A stretch of 64,000 bases of DNA from the NCBI RefSeq assembly GCF_008831285.2, contig NC_045138.2, positions 28,520,001 through 28,584,000 of the forward strand. The letters are read 5' to 3'. Numbering within the stretch: the stretch's first letter is position 1; every line of letters starts with the position of its first letter. Under the pieces are notes generated by a model. It had not been told where the DNA came from. It worked only from the letters and a program-made list of their open reading frames with translations, and ran no database searches. The stretch is from Nymphaea colorata. Taxonomy: Eukaryota. Made by a program: the position numbers and the translations under genes. Shown here piece by piece: positions 52,279 to 64,000 of this stretch.

Positions 52279-53552
52279 ATCGTGTGTAACTTTCTGTGAT
52301 ATTATTAAACAAAATGCCGTTACGTCGAGCGATAATCATCTCCTTCGGATTTATACAAATTCTGCTTCATTTCCATATTTCTGCTGCCAAGTTGCTTGAA
52401 TTTTTCTTTTTAACTGAAGCTTTGTTTTTAAATCAATGGAGCGTCCATAGTATTATGTATTTTCTTGCCTTGTAAAAACCGTTTGACATTATTCAAGCTG
52501 ATCATACAGGTACTCCATATTGACTGTCTTTCTGTATGTATTCTTTTATACAGATATCATAGTAACACCAAAAAGGGTCGGATCTCAGTTGCTTCAACTA
52601 TATTCATTAAGGCCCACCCACCCGCACCAAGGTGCAGAACGGTCAGCAATTATATGCATATTACGTTCAGTTTTCTTGCAAATACTTTAACCAGAGTTTC
52701 ATTTTTGTCGCTTCCTGATCAAGCTGTGCAATTATTCATTCTTTATGGCATAATCATGTCTGTATGAAACGAACTGAAGTCCGCCTGGCAGTACGCGTCC
52801 CAATAAAGAAATTTTACCAAAAATTACTGCGTTAGAAATTTTCTGTCTTGAAAAGGTTATTATGACTGCCATGATTCCTGTCTATAAGTGGTTTGCCGTG
52901 TAGTCAAAGCAACACATTCTTTTCCGCCTTGGGTATATTGATCTGCACTGATTGAGGAGCTTCGCATCTCCAACCAATGTTGAGCCTTTACAAATCATAC
53001 TTTTGGTTGTCTTTTGCGTTAACTTGTTCTCGATCTTCCGCTTATTCCACCAGCACTAACTGTTCGTGGCTTGCGTTCCACTAGTTGAAGAAACTTCTTA
53101 AGTACAGACCAGAGTGTGCGGCATGACAATAGAATTTTTAAAGGAAAAAAGGGACAAAAGAACATCTGATGCAGTTCGTATTATATGCTTATTTGTCTGA
53201 GGCTTGGTTCAAGCTTTTAACGTATGAATGCACCATGCCGTTTTTTCCCTTGGGATTAGAAGAGAAAAGAGAATCAAAGGTTTTGCGGACTCAGATCTCA
53301 GGGCAGCCTGCTCGCCTTTTCTTGGCTCATACAGCGACAGTGTTTGATTCCATATGTTGGGAACCTTTTTCTCAAAAGCTAGCTGACCAGACTTGTAAGA
53401 CCCATTTAGTTGCACTCTCTTTATTACAATTTCCAATAATGGGTTAAGTTTAACCTTTACATACAGACTCCAACAAAATTTAAAAATTTTAAAACCTATG
53501 TCATATAAAAGTCCCAAACTGGGATGTTTCCTCAACAATGGCTTCATACAGA

Positions 53553-53619
53553 CTCCAGCCATCTTCGATTTGAAAGTGTGTGAACAATGTCACCGATTAA
53601 CTACTCCTCATCCTTTTTC
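53553..53619 (-). pseudogene. SBE2: Residual SBEII exon fragment in block A'
   Basis: tag|[21 protein letters not shown]; matches 12102-12168 with an added TGG>TAG. Confidence 0.88.
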
Positions 53620-53629
53620 CTATACCAGG

Positions 53630-53820
53630 TGGAATTTTACCCGCTCCCATTTTAGCTCGAATTTTCTAGCGGGTGAAATTCCACCCCCTCCCATTTTACG
53701 TTAAACGGGGTGAATTTCACTCCGTTTGATGACATTTTAGTCGGGCGGGTGAAAATTCACCCGCCCGTACCATTTTTTCGGAAAAATGCCACTTCAATCG
53801 GGCAATCAAACGCCCCCTAA
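53630..53820. mobile_element. Truncated Tourist/PIF-Harbinger-like MITE end at the A' breakpoint
   Basis: Ends ...caatcaaacgccccc|taa (GGGGGCGTTTG-type TIR plus TAA); the other TIR is absent. Confidence 0.5.
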
Positions 53821-54416
53821 AGCAAAGGTAGCCAACGATCCGATAAAAGAAGGCATTGCCTGCCTACCCCTTAGTTTCTTATCTCATCTCCATGCAATAG
53901 AAAAACCTGAAGTGACTTGTTACTTTTTTCACTGAGAGTAAAAATCCCCAAGCTTCTTCAAACCACGGTTAGATTGCTAACCTCCGCGTCGACGCGAAGC
54001 CTGAACTGGTCGCAGCTCATGATGAACGGCTGGAAGCCGCTGCTTCATGTTCCCGCACGTTGCAGCGGTAGGAGCAACTCATGCTCGCCCTCTTGGTATC
54101 GAGCTTTTCGAGTACTTTACTAAAATCTTGATGGATCAGGGGAGAGAGAGAGATGTAGAATATATAAAGAAGAATTAAAATGGTTGACTATAGATTATAG
54201 ATTGAGAGAGAGAGAAAGAAGAAGAATATATAAAAGAGAATTCAAATATGTTGGTTGACTAGAAATTAGAAAGGTGACGTTGAAAGCAACATAAGCAACA
54301 AGCACTATAACCGGTTGTTGTACTGTAAATCATCGGCAATATTCCTATGGTAATTGTTTATGATGATAAATTTTTAATGTTTAACCATCTAGTAATGCAT
54401 TATTCTTCTTTCTTTC

Positions 54417-54466
<50 letters not shown>

Positions 54467-55097
54467 ATACTTTTATCAATTCACAACTAATTCAGTCGAA
54501 CCGCTGAATACACTAGTGCGATTCATGGTTGGACTTAAACATATTTGTTTAGCAAAAAATCTGCGGTTCCTCAATTTTTCTTCATTCACATCAAGGAAAG
54601 AAAAGGAGGGAAGCTTTTTCAATTGCAAGAGTTTGTATATTACGAATATGAAGTGATTATTAAAAAAGAAATGAACTAAAGTATTCAGTGGGAGTCGCCG
54701 CATCAGGAATATTCAGGAACTCCTAATTGCAGCCAAACACAATGACTTCAGAATGTGCATCGAAATAAGGAGAAAACAAAACGATAAAGAGGCTAACATG
54801 GCCTTTAAAATATTAGACAATACAAAACAAGCATTAGCAAAATTGTTCTGCTGCAAGGATAAAGTGAAAATTGTATCGTTGAAATTAAATACATGATATA
54901 AAAGACCTTATTTTGTTGCAGGAAACATAATACAATTATGAAATGTTTCTAAATCCAATGTTCAAATACTGGGTTTGGTTACACCATGTTTCCTCAAGTA
55001 ACAACCTGGTGTTCTTCAATTTAGAAACAATTCAACGATACAATTTTCATTTTCACTTCAAGGAAACATGGTGAATAAAATATGTGAATATGGAAAC

Positions 55098-56710
55098 GAT
55101 GTAGTTCGATTTGACTGAGCCGGATAAAATATTCAAGGATCTCGCTGAATACATTTCAACTTTCATGGGACTATCTTGATGTAGTTCATAAATTTCTTGA
55201 ATATGTGAATGAGGAACATTGTCTTTATGCTTCACTTGGTTTGGACTTTTGGAAGACAGCTAGTGAGGATTACCCAATGTAACATTGGGTAGTCCTGAAT
55301 ATCAATTTTGTAAGCTATACCCATAAATAACAAAGCTTGCGGCACAATGTCTTCTACTTAAAGGGCTCAACAATCAACCTTTATGGAACAGGGTAAGAGT
55401 GGTTCATGAATTTGCTCTAAAATTAAAGTACATTTATGGAACAGTTACATGTAGGTTCGTAATGCCAAATGGCACCTAAGGATACATGACAGGTTTTCGG
55501 TATCACGGGATGCCACCTCTTTGTGCTTTAGCCCGCCGCCCCCCGTTGACGTTTCAAGAATTCAAAGTGAAAACTAGACACCTACTTGCCCCTGCACCAA
55601 CTGTTGCACCAACCCCCTCAAGGACTGCAAGTCTCATGTTTTAACATCTAAGCTTTTTCTAGGGATACAAATTTGTATATATTTTGGATACGTTTTGGAT
55701 TCTTGGGGTTTATTCATAAAAACGAAAATATATATTGGCTCTTATGTTTATTTGATAGTTTCCAGTAAAATTGAGGCCTCTATGAGAAAAATAGAAAATT
55801 TAAGGCCTGTATTTGAATTTTTATCCAAAAGTTACTCCTTTGAAAATTTATATTTCGGCCCTTTGTTAAAATCTTGAAACTATAATTTTTGTTTTAGAAA
55901 ATAAAAAGTGGTAGAAAAATTGCTCTTAAGGGACCCAAAGGTTAAGTGGAAACTTCGACCCTCCTCTAGATAGTATGATGCACTCAAAATCATATGAGAC
56001 ATAAAAACCAAATAGATTTTGAAATCTTCGATTATCAACACTAAAATATGCTACTACTGCATTGAATTGGTTGGAACCTATGCTTCACTCTTTAGCTCCA
56101 TTCCACCCCAAAATAGAATAGTAAATAATGTGTGTCCCAGACGATGGTGTTGGAATATATTCCACAACTATACTATAGGAAACTTCGACCCTCCTCTAGA
56201 TAGTATGATGAAATAAAATAAGATGAAATATATGATGACGTTGCTAAAATAATGGATCAAAACAGTCATTGTCGAGACACCCTAAAGTTGTCTCTCAAGC
56301 ATTACACGCCTTCACTGGATATAGCAATGTTGTTTCTTTTAGTTCTTTCAACGATGAAAAATGGTTTGGGTTGGTGTACCATAAAGTGTGATCGAGGCCA
56401 AATACACTCGTCGGAATGTGTCATGTCAGGTTGATTGTTGAGTCCTTTAAGTAGAAGACATTGTGCTGCAAGCTTTGTTATTTGTGGGTATAGCTTCCAA
56501 AATTGATATTCATGATTGCCCAATGTTACATTGGGTAATCCTCACTAGCTGTCTTCCAAAAGTCCAAACCAAGTGAAGCATAAAGACAATGTTCCTCATT
56601 CACATATTCAAGAAATTTATGAACTACATCAAGATAGTCCCATCAAAGTTGAAATGTATTCAGCGAGATCCTTGAATATTTTATCTGGCTCAGTCAAATC
56701 GAACTACATC
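55098..56710. repeat. Inverted repeat: 283-bp arms (55098-55380 / 56428-56710), 1047-bp spacer
   Basis: gatgtagttcgatttgactgagcc...caacaatcaacct mirrored; about 9 mismatches by eye; no TSD seen. Confidence 0.95.
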
Positions 56711-56753
56711 AAATGTCTGTAACTGCACACTGTAACTTTAAAATCCTGCATCC

Positions 56754-56852
56754 AGTAAGTTTGCAGCCCTGATCCTATTGCCTTTGCTTTCCAACTCAAC
56801 AAATTAAAAAGAGCAAAGGCAAAGGCAATAGGATCAGGGCTGCAAACTTACT
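56754..56852. other. Perfect 34-bp stem with 31-nt loop
   Basis: agtaagtttgcagccctgatcctattgcctttgc (56754-56787) is the exact reverse complement of 56819-56852. Confidence 0.92.
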
Positions 56853-57324
56853 TGTGGCCGAAAAAAAAAAAACCGATTGAGGCTAGTTATACAAGCTTAC
56901 GTACAAGTATTATATACTAAAAAAAAAAAGTCCAATCAAGAGCGAAATTGGCCAATAATTCAAGTCAAATAAAACCGATTGACCCTCTCGGCCTCTGAAC
57001 TGGCATCAATGATTTCTTCAATAAATGGATTTGAATTGACTAAGTTGAATAGATATTGCTTTTGGATAGTTTAGGCAGAAAACCTAATTCCAGACCAGCC
57101 ATGTGATCCTGATCTAGGTAGAGAACCATCCCATAGCAAAGATAGTTAGGAGAAAATGGATAAAAATAACACAAAGAATTTTAGTGATATTTTCTAGAAA
57201 ATATGATGTGATTTAGAACATTGAAGCAATAATCAGACATAATCATGCAATTTTTCTGCCACTTTTTATTTTCTAAAACAAAAACATGGTTCTCTTGAAA
57301 TCATGTGATCTTGGAGTGTATATT

Positions 57325-58130
57325 TGTAAGACCCACATTTATAGAACATTGAACATGGTTTTCTCGATTATCCGAAACACGCGTTGTTTGGTCTTCATGT
57401 GAGCAAATAGGCATAGGCAAAATGAGCAGACAAATTTGATTCGTTTGGTTGGAGCTAGAGTTGTTTCCATGTATTGATGAAAAGTCAGTCCACTTAAACA
57501 GAAGGATTTTCGCAAAAATCCTTCTTTCTCCTCCAATGCCTTTTCGTGTCATCGGACTATTTGCGATTTTGTCTACTTTTTTTCTTTTTCGGATTTTTGC
57601 CTTTTTGAACCGACTCCCGTTGCATGCTTGGACTGACTTTTCACACGAGCTACGCTAGTCAGGATTGCCATGAAATCCGTGACTCATGTAAGTTAATAAC
57701 CAAAGCCCGACTTTGAAAGGAAAATCGAATCATACCTCCCGCTCCACTGTAATAAACCATACAAGCACACGTGGTTTCCAGAACCTATAAGAATGCGCAG
57801 GCCTAACTAGTCACGCCCAAAGAGCGAAAAGAATGGCTGGAGTTGGACTCACTAATGTAACAAATAAGGAAGAAAAGATAATCAAAATCCAACTCAGACC
57901 AAAAAGTTGAGAGCCGGCCAGTTTTTTAGACTTTGACTTATTACTGGCCGACTTTTTCCCGGATCGGCTGTAATCTAATACAGAAGAACCGGCCACCAGC
58001 CTGAATAATTAAAGAATAGCCCCCTGGGAAATAGCCCAAACAAATAACCTTGGGATGCATCAAGCAAAACGCCTTATATTGGACTCCCCACTCCCAGGGG
58101 ACTATGCTCCTGCACCATACATGATGCATT
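57325..58130 (+). mobile_element. Possible LTR-retrotransposon LTR fragment
   Basis: Begins TGTAAGACCC, a common plant Gypsy LTR start; no CA end, PBS or TSD identified. Confidence 0.25.
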
Positions 58131-58133
58131 AAT

Positions 58134-58858
58134 TGTAACCAGTTTTAAACCTCGATCAAGCCTAATCAAGTCTAGCTAGCAGTACGTCCCATTCATTGAG
58201 CTGGTTAAGCCTTAATGCAACCTTCTTTCTTGTAACTGAGTCTTAATCGAGTGCAACACACTACAGAAAATTCCTTTTAGATATTGATGGTCACGCATTC
58301 AAAGTCATAAGATAAAGTTGATACATATTGATCTATGCATTAACAATATGTCTCTTAAAATCTCTACAAAAGGTTATTTGGTAATAATAACTGTTACTAT
58401 TTCATGAATCTTCATAAAAAAAATATGATAGATTCATGGAATACTACAACGTACTATTTAATGGATTTGTAGGATAAATTCATGAAACAGTAACACTATG
58501 TTATTAATGTCAAACATTCATATGCCTTGATGGATCCCCTTTTAACAAAGTTTTACACTGTCCATGTTATGGATCTCCAAGTCCTGATTAGCTAGGATTA
58601 ATTTAAAGGATACAATGACAAGTAATGCAGACTCTTGACCTCTTTCATATGAAAGGTGAAAACGTAATTATGTTATGTCTTGAGAACTTGTTCTAACATA
58701 ACAGTAACTGATTTTTTTTTTTTTTTTTTAAGATTTAAGCTCCTCATTTGATTGGTTAAAAGTATTAAGTATAGAACAATTTACGTGGTAACTATAACAT
58801 ATACCCTAGGAGATGCATCAATCTGCGGCCACATCAAAAAATTTGGAGGAAATGAATG

Positions 58859-58893
<35 letters not shown>

Positions 58894-60002
58894 CGTGTAT
58901 ACAAACTAATTTATATGCTAGACAGATCTAATCTAAAACAATTAACGAAGGCATTGAGTTAATATAAATGAATACTGCGCTCAATAATTCTTACTTTTAC
59001 GCTCCATTGGTCTAGAGAAATCATAATGAAAGCAATGTTTAAATAAACAAGTCATATAAATAAAACAGTACATGTTAATGACCAATAGTTATAACAATAG
59101 AGCAAAAAATGAGTTACAAACAAACTAAAACAAGTAAAAGAAAGGAATTTGAAACAATTTTGGTCCAAATTACTTGTAAGACCCAATCCAAGACTGACCT
59201 GGGTTCCTGAGTTCTCGGCATACCCTATAAGATTGAATAAATATAAAGAAAAAGCTCATCTGTTGGTTGGATCTGAACAAGCATATTTCACACCTAATAT
59301 TGCAAACTTTAACTATCTGCCCCTCAAATAGACTCCTTGAAAAACCTGCCCCTTGTGTGGAGTATCAAGCTGTTGAAAACTAATTTCCAACTCTGGTGCT
59401 CGACTTGAATAGTTTAATTCTCCTGGTAGAAAGACAGAAGATATAATGTTTAGAACCACAAGATAACGGATAGAAAATGATACTGAATAAAAAATCCTAA
59501 CGTACCCATACATGAAAGAAAAAGATTTGTAGACAAGCATAAGATGTTCAACTATTTGTGATGGTGGTTCATTAGTTCTGTTCTTATGCATAAATAACTG
59601 ATCTATAGCAAAAAAATTTTGGTTCTACTTTTGCCATTGTTTGTGGTCAAGCTTAGTTTGACTTCTTAGAGATAGTTATATGATGATATAGGGATGTCAA
59701 TTAGGATATAACCTTTCCAAAAACTAGTTAGCTTTCTACAACACAACCCATGAATCAAGTTGATGGACCGCCAATCTCTACCATTGAAATGGTCCATCCG
59801 TTCTAACGACTTCTATCGGTTCCGGCTCAGGCAGATTCAAGCACATGGCATGAACTCTTACCCACACACTTGCACTCTCTCTTTCTATTATATAAATAAC
59901 ATGGATTCCTCCAGCTGTGAGAAGAATCCCTCTCACACGCAGCCCAATGTTTTTTTGTTTGGGTTGTGTTAATGAGGCGGGATGGGAATCCAATGCTTTA
60001 TA

Positions 60003-60055
<53 letters not shown>

Positions 60056-62157
60056 AAATCAAATTTAGATTGAAAATCGTTTTTATATATAGAATTTATA
60101 GATTTCTCCATTTTAAGTTTAGACTGAAAATCTTGAGTCCTCAGCACACCACTCGATACAATGTAAATGTACACTTTTCTCTTTTTGACTAATGTACAAA
60201 CAAGGCAAGTGTAAAACAAATTTAGTAGCCCATACTTGATAAGATCAGAATAATAACAATGCATCTATTAATTCTCCAACCAGCCACTCACCCACAACTT
60301 TCAAAATAAAAATGCAAAATAAAATTTATCTTGTGTTGCAGTTTATCTTGAGGAGATATTTTGCCCCTAAAAGATTATTGTATCGCATCACATTCAAATC
60401 GACTAATCGATTTATAACATAAGGGCAGCTGCCATTAGGTTAGCTAAGCATGAAATTGTAGGCCATGTGTTCATTATCTAGACCCAACCTTTAGGGTATA
60501 CATTCAATTATGATTCTACTATGAGTTCTATATTTCTAGCTGCATAGCAGGTCATAAAATGCATATAATTATGTGTTATGCATGGAAAAACACATAACAT
60601 ATGGTAGATGGCTGGCAGAGCAAACTTAAAATCTAGATTAATTAAGGTTTTAACTTTTTTTAATTGGAGATCAGCTGTGCTAAGCTTTACCAGATTGCTT
60701 AAAATGAATGCCCCAACTGTAATTTGGCAGCCTTGGACCACTTGGAAAGTGTTTGGATGGCACCCTCAAAAAACACGGTTTTGTGAAAACTCAGTTTTGT
60801 AAACTTGGTTTGGATGTTTGGATGACAAGTGAAAAACTTAATGATCTTCGGTTCTAGACTTATATGCTAGCTTTAAACTAGTATCTTGATGCATCTCGAT
60901 GTTTGCTAAGCCTTTGTATCGTCTACTCTACTGTGTTGTCATAAACTTTCGATTCACACCACAATATTGCTTCTCATCCAATCCTTTAATACTTTTTCTT
61001 TACCTTCAAACTTTTCTTCTTGTTGGTTGTGGCGTTTGGACGCTTCTAAGTTATCTATCACACGCATACGGTGTGTGCTTGTATACATACGGCCACCTAG
61101 CAATGCTTTGTCACCGTCATGCATGTGAAGAAACTTTCTTCTTTCCCGCTGGTCTTATACAAGCTCTCTGCTACCCTGTGATCTGGTTTTCCCTTTATGT
61201 CGCATGAAAACTTGTGTCATTGTGGTTGTAGTTGTTTCTGTTCCATGGTACTTGTCACCCTCATGCATGTAAAGAAACTTTCTTCTTTCCCGCTGGTCTT
61301 ATACACGCTCTTCATCTTTGTGAACTAGTTTTCCCTTTATATCGCATGAAAATCTGTGTCATTTTGGACCTAGTTGCTTCCGTTCCATAGTACTTTGGTC
61401 CGTTCAAATTTTTGGTCGCTTTCTTCGAAACTGTCTTTGAAGATTCTATAGAACTGTCTAGATAGCTATAGAACTGTTGAACCAAGTACTCTATATAGTC
61501 CAGCTGGTTGAGTTACAAACTGGGTTCTCTTTAGCCAGGCAGAGTTACAAACTGGCCTGCGTTTTCTGAGATCACCAAAGGAGCATAGCATACTCTGGTG
61601 GGGAGGAGGCAGGCACGATGTATCTTTTGTTGGATTCTCATGGGTATTACTCTTCTAATGGCATTGAAAACTAAGATAAATGATATTTCAGTGGTTTAAT
61701 CAAAGGAACTTGTTGGTTGCCCGCCTCTCTTCTCCCTCTCATTAAACAAGTATTTCTTCTTCCGGGTTTGCTCTGGATCTGATTCGAGAGATTACTTCAA
61801 ATAAACATTTCTCACAACTGGGTTTGAGTATTGAGGGTGCAAATAAGCTGGATTCAGCTTTTTTTTTTTTTGGGTCTCTCTCAAATCCATTCATATTGGA
61901 GAGCCGACTTTCCATGTACTTATTTACTCTAAACTTAATCCCCTTGTTAGGTGTAATGTTTGGGTCCAAAAAAATTCTAAGGCAGACTAACAGTCTGTCA
62001 GATTGAAATTGATAAGAACGAAGACAAAAGAGGCCTCCCTATACGAACAAAATGGAAAAAAATGAATAACCTTTTTTAGCAAAAGATAAACCACCCTTGA
62101 CAGAACAAACGATTGTCTGCTCCCAATCAGTAGCCGAGCCACATGGTGCCTGGTGTC
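58134..62157 (+). repeat. Segmental duplication block B''+C'' (copy 3)
   Basis: Collinear with 25125-27906 and 39628-44136. Confidence 0.95.
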
Positions 62158-64000
62158 ATAGGTTATATATTTGATTTTATATATATATATATATCCTTAA
62201 AAACATTAATGTAATTAAATTGGTGCTCAGCTAGAGGAACAACATATCCACTTTGCAGCAGAGAAGTTCAGGGCCCAGACTTAATCATATATTAAAACCC
62301 TTGAATGAAGGGTTCCTGTGCGCAAGGTACTTAACCATTGAGAGGGGCCAAAAGGCCCCCTTCACCCTCAAATAGGCCAGAAGAACACATGCCATGGGGC
62401 CTTCGAATGTTCGGGTGATCTAGGTGACAAGACATCCTGAAAAAGATGAAAAGGGTGCCTCTGAATATTGTTTTCCCATCTTCTCCCGTTCGAGGCAATG
62501 TTGTGCGTTGCGACGGGGTCGAACAAAGGGAATCATCGATCATCATCCCCGTGATCCTTTTCTCCATGCATGTATTAATTGTTTGTCCCCATGCATCACC
62601 CCGTGTGGGGATGGAAGTTCTAGCACATGAACTAGACAGGCACACCAACCATGGCCTAGAAGAACGCGTCATTGCCCATATATGTTCCTTGTCTCTGTGT
62701 TCTGCTGTTGGGTTTCTCTTTCTCGATAAGCTTGTTACTGTGCACATCTTTTCTCTTGTTCCCTTCTAAAATAGCAGCTTAATTGGTGTTGGGGATGCAG
62801 AGAAAGTACACGTTTACCATGATCTACTCCATCATTCCTTGGTATAAAGTTACTCTAAATTTCTCGTTTCTATGCATAGATTGCCAGAAATCCAGCAAGA
62901 CTAGCAGAGGGAGATAGAGAAAGAAAGAAAGGGAGGGAGCAAATTAAGGTAAAAGCAGGAATACCAACTTGCAATTGCATCAGAAATATTAACCAAAATC
63001 AGCATCTGATGTACATCTTTCTTCTCTCAAGAAGCAATAAGACAGTGGAAACAAACGCAGTAGTCAGTCAGGTTGCTTCATCTTTACATCCAGAATAAAG
63101 CAAACCAGGAGATGTCCCAAAATGAAAGTGAAGGAAGAGTCTGCGTGTCAGACGAGAACGTGATCACGAGCGACCTGCTTCATTTCAGCCTTTGCTTCTG
63201 AGCTGACGCTTGGAGGAACTGTGCATGACGACACCAAATCACCATAATTAATCATTATCCTAATAAATAGTTAACTGTTTGCCTTTTAGTTTCATAAGAA
63301 AGTAAATGAAACTTTGTTGCCACTTATCAAAAATTTAATTAGTTAGAAGATAGATAGTTCTAAATCCTCAATATGCACATTGCATATTACTGCAGTAGAT
63401 AAGCTGTGTTGCAAAATCGGCCTCAAGTCACCAACTCGAATTGAATCGACGCAAATACTGGAGCGCCACGTATCATTCCGTGTCCTTTTTTTCTAAAAAT
63501 GTTTCAAGTTTTTTCTTATTTTTAGAGCTTTTTTATGTATTTTCATTAATTAATTTAAAAAAAATAAAGATACTTTTTACCGATTCATCGCCAATTGAGC
63601 TGAATCAGCCAAGAAAAAGATGAATTTATGTACTATTGTTTCACGAATTTTAGTGTATCATCCCAGATTTCTCAAGAAAGAATCAGAAGCAAAAGATCAA
63701 TGAACAGAAAAATCAAGAAGGAGACGGATATTTTACCCACCAAGCAGCCCGGACAAGTCGGAGCTCTTCAATACCCGCAGCCTCTTCACCGACTTCACAA
63801 ACATTCTGCACCATGTAGAAATAAAAATAACTCTTTTTTTTTTAATTCGTTAAAAACTGTTATATATATATATAATTTGAATGGTGATTTTGCATAGCTA
63901 AAGTTAACAAACTTACACATAAAGAGTTTTCGGATAATTGAGGAAAATACAGAAAAATTTATTTTTTCATACTGTTGATAGAAAAATAAAGAAAAAATTA

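Noticed and set aside
56302..56523. YQFWKLYPQITKLAAQCLLL resembling the hAT dimerisation motif within the IR arm
   Set aside because: Too short and loose; the other arm has a stop in this frame.

Overview
Plant (angiosperm) nuclear DNA, AT-rich and dominated by repeats; the species cannot be determined from the sequence alone. There is one clearly intact gene: the 5' 559 codons of an LRR receptor-like kinase ectodomain (HAESA/HSL-like) on the minus strand, running off the left edge and therefore missing from the ORF track. An intron-containing internal fragment of a class II starch branching enzyme (SBEII) gene spans 12042-18821 (minus strand, 11 exons); it lacks both ends and carries a stop, a frameshift and an in-frame deletion. 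Most of the rest is a mosaic of local segmental duplications: block A 2.5-12.2 kb = A' 44.1-53.6 kb, and block B at 25.1-27.9, 39.6-44.1 and 58.1-62.2 kb. It also holds many non-autonomous hAT-type elements with 8-bp TSDs and (TA)n microsatellites. The most unusual signal is the density of young inverted duplications without TSDs: a 962-bp near-perfect inverted repeat whose fold-back origin can be read from a third copy, a 283-bp IR, a 51-bp IR and a perfect 34-bp stem-loop, plus several templated-insertion junctions. A duplicated, unannotated TATA-led spliced unit points head-on into the SBE pseudogene. All alignments and identity figures were read by eye.
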